From assembly GCA_965279375.1 (NCBI GenBank), contig OZ257156.1, positions 4,928,001 to 4,992,000 on the forward strand: a stretch of 64,000 nucleotides of DNA, in the 5' to 3' direction. The notes under the pieces were generated by a model, which was not told where the DNA came from, did no database searches, and worked only from the letters and a program-made list of their open reading frames with translations. Of this stretch, positions 58,179 through 64,000 are shown one piece after another. The position numbers and the translations under genes were made by a program. This DNA comes from Gemmatimonas sp. GTDB lineage: Bacteria > Gemmatimonadota > Gemmatimonadetes > Gemmatimonadales > Gemmatimonadaceae. The number at the start of each line of letters is the position of its first letter. The stretch's first letter is position 1.

Positions 58179-59408
58179 TCACGAGGCGTCGTCCGCGTGC
58201 GACTTACTGCCGCGATCGGGCAGCGTGCTGGAAGGCGCGCTCGCGGACGCCGACACGACGAGTACGTCCAACCCCGCGTTCATCTCGAGCAGCCGCTCCA
58301 CGACGGAGCCACGACGCAAGCGATACCAGCGTGAACGGCGCGTTTGCCCGAGTACCGCGAGCGTGACTCCGCGCTCGTCGGCGAAGCGCGCGAGTGCTGC
58401 CGCGACATCGTCTCCGGCAAGCTTGACGACCTCGGCGCCCAGCGATTGCGCGAGCTGAATATTCTCGACGAGCTTTCGCTGCACTGCAGTGTCGATGCGA
58501 TCGGCACGTTCGGCGCTCGTCTGCACGTAAACGCAATACCAGTCGGAGTTGAGGCGGCCCGCGATGCGACTGGCTTTGCGCAACAGCACGCGAGAGAGTG
58601 GCGGATCGCTGGAGAGGCATACCATGAGTCGATCGACGGTACGAGGCGAGCTGATCTTGGTCTCGACGCGCCGCACGACGACTTCGCGCGCGCGATCGAC
58701 CGAACTGGCGACCTCACGCAGGGCAAGCTCCCGCAACGAACTCAGATTTTCGTCGGTGAAGAAGTTGCCGAGCGCCGACTCGATCTTCTCTGGCCGATAG
58801 ATCTTCCCGTCGCGGAGACGCTGCCTGAGGTCTTCGGCGGAGAGGTCGACATTTACCACCTGATCAGCCTGCGCCACCAGCCAGTCTGGCACGGTTTCGC
58901 GCACCGTCACAGCGAGTTCGCGCTCCACGATATCGTTGAGCGATTCGAGGTGCTGCACGTTCATGGCGGAGATGACGCTGATGCCTTCATCGAGCAGCGT
59001 GAGGACATCCTCCCATCGCTTGCCATGCCGTGCGCCGGGCACGTTGCTGTGCGCCAGCTCGTCCACGAGTGCCACCTGCGGCCGTCGCGCGATGATCGCG
59101 TCCACGTCCATGTCCTCGAGCACGACGGAGCGGTATTCGATACGACGCCGTGGCAAGACTTCAAGATCGCCTACCTGTGCGACCGTCTCCGCACGACCGT
59201 GCGTCTCCACAAATCCAACGACGACATCCACACGCCGTCGACGCAGCTCGTGGGCCTCTTGCAGCATGCGGTACGTCTTGCCAACACCCGCTGCGGACCC
59301 GATGTACAGCTTGAGTTTGCCGCGTTCGCGCTGCTTGACCAGCGCGAGGAAAGTACCGCTGTCCTCGCGTCGGCGTTCAGCGTGCGTTGGGTCGGGGCGT
59401 TCGTTCAC
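58179..59408 (-). CDS. kdpD: KdpD N-terminal sensor domain plus Usp domain (split KdpD)
   Basis: GKLKLYIGSAAGVGKTYRML, VETHGR, VDELAHSN, NVQHLESLND, LRELAL; Usp RLMVCLS...LGQT; no TM or kinase domain. Confidence 0.9.
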   Translation of the reverse strand: MNERPDPTHAERRREDSGTFLALVKQRERGKLKLYIGSAAGVGKTYRMLQEAHELRRRRVDVVVGFVETHGRAETVAQVGDLEVLPRRRIEYRSVVLEDMDVDAIIARRPQVALVDELAHSNVPGARHGKRWEDVLTLLDEGISVISAMNVQHLESLNDIVERELAVTVRETVPDWLVAQADQVVNVDLSAEDLRQRLRDGKIYRPEKIESALGNFFTDENLSSLRELALREVASSVDRAREVVVRRVETKISSPRTVDRLMVCLSSDPPLSRVLLRKASRIAGRLNSDWYCVYVQTSAERADRIDTAVQRKLVENIQLAQSLGAEVVKLAGDDVAAALARFADERGVTLAVLGQTRRSRWYRLRRGSVVERLLEMNAGLDVLVVSASASAPSSTLPDRGSKSHADDAS

Positions 59409-59447
59409 GGAGGCCGTCGAACGGTGCGCGAGAGAGGGCGCCGCGGA

Positions 59448-60632
59448 TCAGAACGACAGCGCGAGCGACGTGACCGCCACAACGCTGTTGCGCGACGGAA
59501 GTCCATTCGCGCCGTCGGGGAAGAGCGCCTCGCGATTGCGCCACGCGCGCAACTCCGAGCGCCAGGCCACGCGCGCGTAGGGCGTGACATCGATCCCGAT
59601 CGATCCACCGATGACGCGCAGCGGCGCATTGGGAGTAGGGAGCGCGAAGCCACCGCGCGCATATTCGCCCGTGCCGACTATCACCTGATCCTTGTCCTCG
59701 TAGCCTTCGGCGCGGAACGCGAGCGCCACGGTGGGCGTCGTCTGAACGCGTGCGATTGCCGTCCAACCGTACCACGTCGAGCGGCCATCTGCGTTCGCCC
59801 CTCGTGACTGACTGCCAAAGTCGATGTTGCCGAGCAGGGTGAGTCGCCCCGCGGTGCGCTTGGCTCCGACGCCGTTGAAGACACGCAGTCGGTTGCCCGC
59901 CTCACTGGACACGAGGTTGTAGTAGCTGAATGTGTTGCTCGACGACGCAGCGTAGTCGAGGCGAAGACCGCCCGCCTTGCCGCTGTTGTTCTCCGAGATG
60001 TTCTGCCATCCGTTGATGGCATCCACGCGCGCGGTGAGCTTGGCCGTGGGCGTCCATGTGAGCTTGACGCCGCTTTGGTAGTAGGGGGAGTAGTCGGCAA
60101 CGAGTGAGCGTGTGTAGGTAGGGTTGTCGCGCGATGCCCACGACTCCATCCCAACGTTCGAGTAGAACACACCACCGTCGACCCACATATTCTCCGACAG
60201 CTTCACCCCAACCACGGCTTCCTGCAGCAAGCGACCGAGTGACGGACCACTGACGTATCCGTTGGCCGGTTCACCGGCGTAGTTGGACTGCACCGAATTG
60301 CCCGCCTGCAGCGCGAGGCGTCCGCGATAGTGTGGCGCCTCCAGCTTGGCCTCGACGAATGCGAGGTTGATGTTGAACTCGTTGTGCCGTGCAGGCTGCG
60401 TGGTGAACGGGGTGCCACCCGCGAAGGAGCGATCGAATGCCGGCGGCCGTCCGAAATCCCACGCGTAGTAGCCGTCCACGAACGCACCGAACGTGATCTT
60501 GGGCGTGGAGTCCGTGGGTGCCACCTGCGCGTGCGCGGCCGCCTGCGGTGCCAGCAGCATCAGCCCAACGTTTGCTGCGACGACGCCGATGCAGCGACGA
60601 GAGGCGTGCGCCAGATGTGACTGGGACGTCAT
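59448..60632 (-). CDS. Outer membrane beta-barrel porin (BBP2/OmpL-like)
   Basis: Signal peptide, FVDGYYAWDF, RHNEFNINL, SPYYQSG, NGWQ, C-terminal ALSF. Confidence 0.85.
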   Translation of the reverse strand: MTSQSHLAHASRRCIGVVAANVGLMLLAPQAAAHAQVAPTDSTPKITFGAFVDGYYAWDFGRPPAFDRSFAGGTPFTTQPARHNEFNINLAFVEAKLEAPHYRGRLALQAGNSVQSNYAGEPANGYVSGPSLGRLLQEAVVGVKLSENMWVDGGVFYSNVGMESWASRDNPTYTRSLVADYSPYYQSGVKLTWTPTAKLTARVDAINGWQNISENNSGKAGGLRLDYAASSSNTFSYYNLVSSEAGNRLRVFNGVGAKRTAGRLTLLGNIDFGSQSRGANADGRSTWYGWTAIARVQTTPTVALAFRAEGYEDKDQVIVGTGEYARGGFALPTPNAPLRVIGGSIGIDVTPYARVAWRSELRAWRNREALFPDGANGLPSRNSVVAVTSLALSF

Positions 60633-60641
60633 TGCATACGC

Positions 60642-61277
60642 TCAGCGAGAAGAGGAGGATGACGAAGTGGGTGTCACTGGCGCACGACCAGCGCGTGACA
60701 TCGGATAGGCTGAATCGACAGCGATGTTGAGCAGCAGCACGTTGATGCGTGGTTCGCCGAATACGCCGAACTGACGGCCCTCTGTGTGTGCCGATACGAG
60801 TGCGCGCAACGCGGTGCTGTCAACACCGCGCGCACGCGCCACGCGCGACAGCTGCAGCTGTGCGTTGGCTGGCGAAATATGCGGGTCCAAGCCAGATGCG
60901 CTCGCTGTCACGAGATCGGACGGCACGGCGCCCATCTGCGCGTGGAGTTCGACGACCGCGCTATCGACGCGAGACGCGATCAGCGTGTCGGCGAGCTTGC
61001 GGTCCGTGGGTCCCTTGTTCGTGCCGGACGATGCGGCGCCATCGTAGCCCGCGCCTGCCGCCGAAGGCCGGGAGTGGAAGTACTCCGCGCGTGTGAAGGT
61101 CTGTCCGATGAGGGCGCTCCCGACAACCTTGCCGTTCACCGTGACGAGCGATCCGTTGGCCTGCGCCGGAAAGAGCAGCTGCGAGAGTACCGTCACCGCA
61201 CCGGGATACGCGAATCCGGTGAGCAGACAGAGCGCGAGCGTGAGCATCAGCGCCGGTCGAATATTTCCGCGAAGCAT
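60642..61277 (-). CDS. kdpC: K+-transporting ATPase subunit C
   Basis: AYP, QANGSL, GSALIGQ, YFHSRPS, ASASGLDPHISP, GEPRINVL. Confidence 0.97.
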   Translation of the reverse strand: MLRGNIRPALMLTLALCLLTGFAYPGAVTVLSQLLFPAQANGSLVTVNGKVVGSALIGQTFTRAEYFHSRPSAAGAGYDGAASSGTNKGPTDRKLADTLIASRVDSAVVELHAQMGAVPSDLVTASASGLDPHISPANAQLQLSRVARARGVDSTALRALVSAHTEGRQFGVFGEPRINVLLLNIAVDSAYPMSRAGRAPVTPTSSSSSSR

Positions 61278-61304
61278 GTGAGTGCCTGGTATTGGGTGCG
61301 CGAC

Positions 61305-63445
<2,141 letters not shown>

Positions 63446-63449
<4 letters not shown>

Positions 63450-64000
63450 GACAGACTCCCGGCGCCCATGAGGAACTGTTCGACGATCGGGCCGAGCGCG
63501 AGCGCCGGAAAGAACGTGAGCGCGCCGACGATGAGAACCACGCCGACGAGGAGCGCGCTGAAGAGCGGTCCGCTCACCGGGAAGGTGCCACTAGACGACG
63601 GCACTACGCGCTTCTCGGCGAGGAATCCTGCAAGCGCCAAGACGGGCACGATCAGCGCGAACCGCCCGATGAGCATCGCGACGCCGAACTGTGTGTTGTA
63701 CCAGTAGGTGCCACCGGTCAGTCCGGCGAATGCGGAGCCGTTGTTGGCCGTGGTGGACGAGAATGCGTAGAGAATCTCGGACAGACCGTGCGCGCCGCTG
63801 TTGTTGAGTCCTGCCAGTCCATTCGGCGAAACCACGCTGACCGCGGTGAAGATCAGGATCGACGCGGCGGCAGCGAGGACGTACAGCATCGTCACCTGCA
63901 CCTCACGCGCCTGGATCTTCTTGCCCAGGTACTCTGGCGTGCGCCCGACCATCAGGCCGGCAATGAACACGGTGAGCACCACAAAGATCAGCATGCCGTA
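63446..64000 (-). CDS. kdpA: K+-transporting ATPase subunit A, 3' part (start outside window)
   Basis: [48 protein letters not shown] overlap with kdpB. Confidence 0.97.

Overview
This is a GC-rich bacterial chromosome segment of about 59 CDS. Gene content and style suggest Gemmatimonadota, which is an inference. I saw no rRNA, tRNA, CRISPR array, integrase or transposase. Housekeeping content: acs (5'-truncated), a DsbA-like oxidoreductase, psuG, acnA, aguB-aguA, queC-queE, several peptidases (M16, M28, C40, S9), a heavy-metal RND efflux system (TolC-MFP-CzcA/CusA) with an OmpR-type two-component pair, a TonB receptor-TPR-LytS-LytTR operon, and the end of a kdp operon (kdpA partial, kdpB, kdpC, porin, split kdpD). 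Most notable: (1) a translationally coupled four-gene module of an ECF sigma factor, a membrane anti-sigma-like protein with a CBM48/AMPK-type glycogen-binding domain, an exported helical protein and a beta-rich exported protein with a second CBM48; (2) a patatin phospholipase fused to a ferredoxin domain directly upstream of aconitase; (3) a split KdpD whose partner kinase appears to lack the phospho-His and ATP boxes; (4) three apparent pseudo-enzymes within about 4 kb (alpha/beta hydrolase His->Arg, AdoMetDC without the pyruvoyl Ser, GH-A-like barrel without catalytic Glu); (5) an orphan FliS-like gene with a sigma28-like promoter; (6) cis-elements including LytTR direct repeats, sigma54-like promoters and many leaderless-type TAnnnT-N5-7-start arrangements. 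All family calls come from motif recognition by eye, not from database searches.
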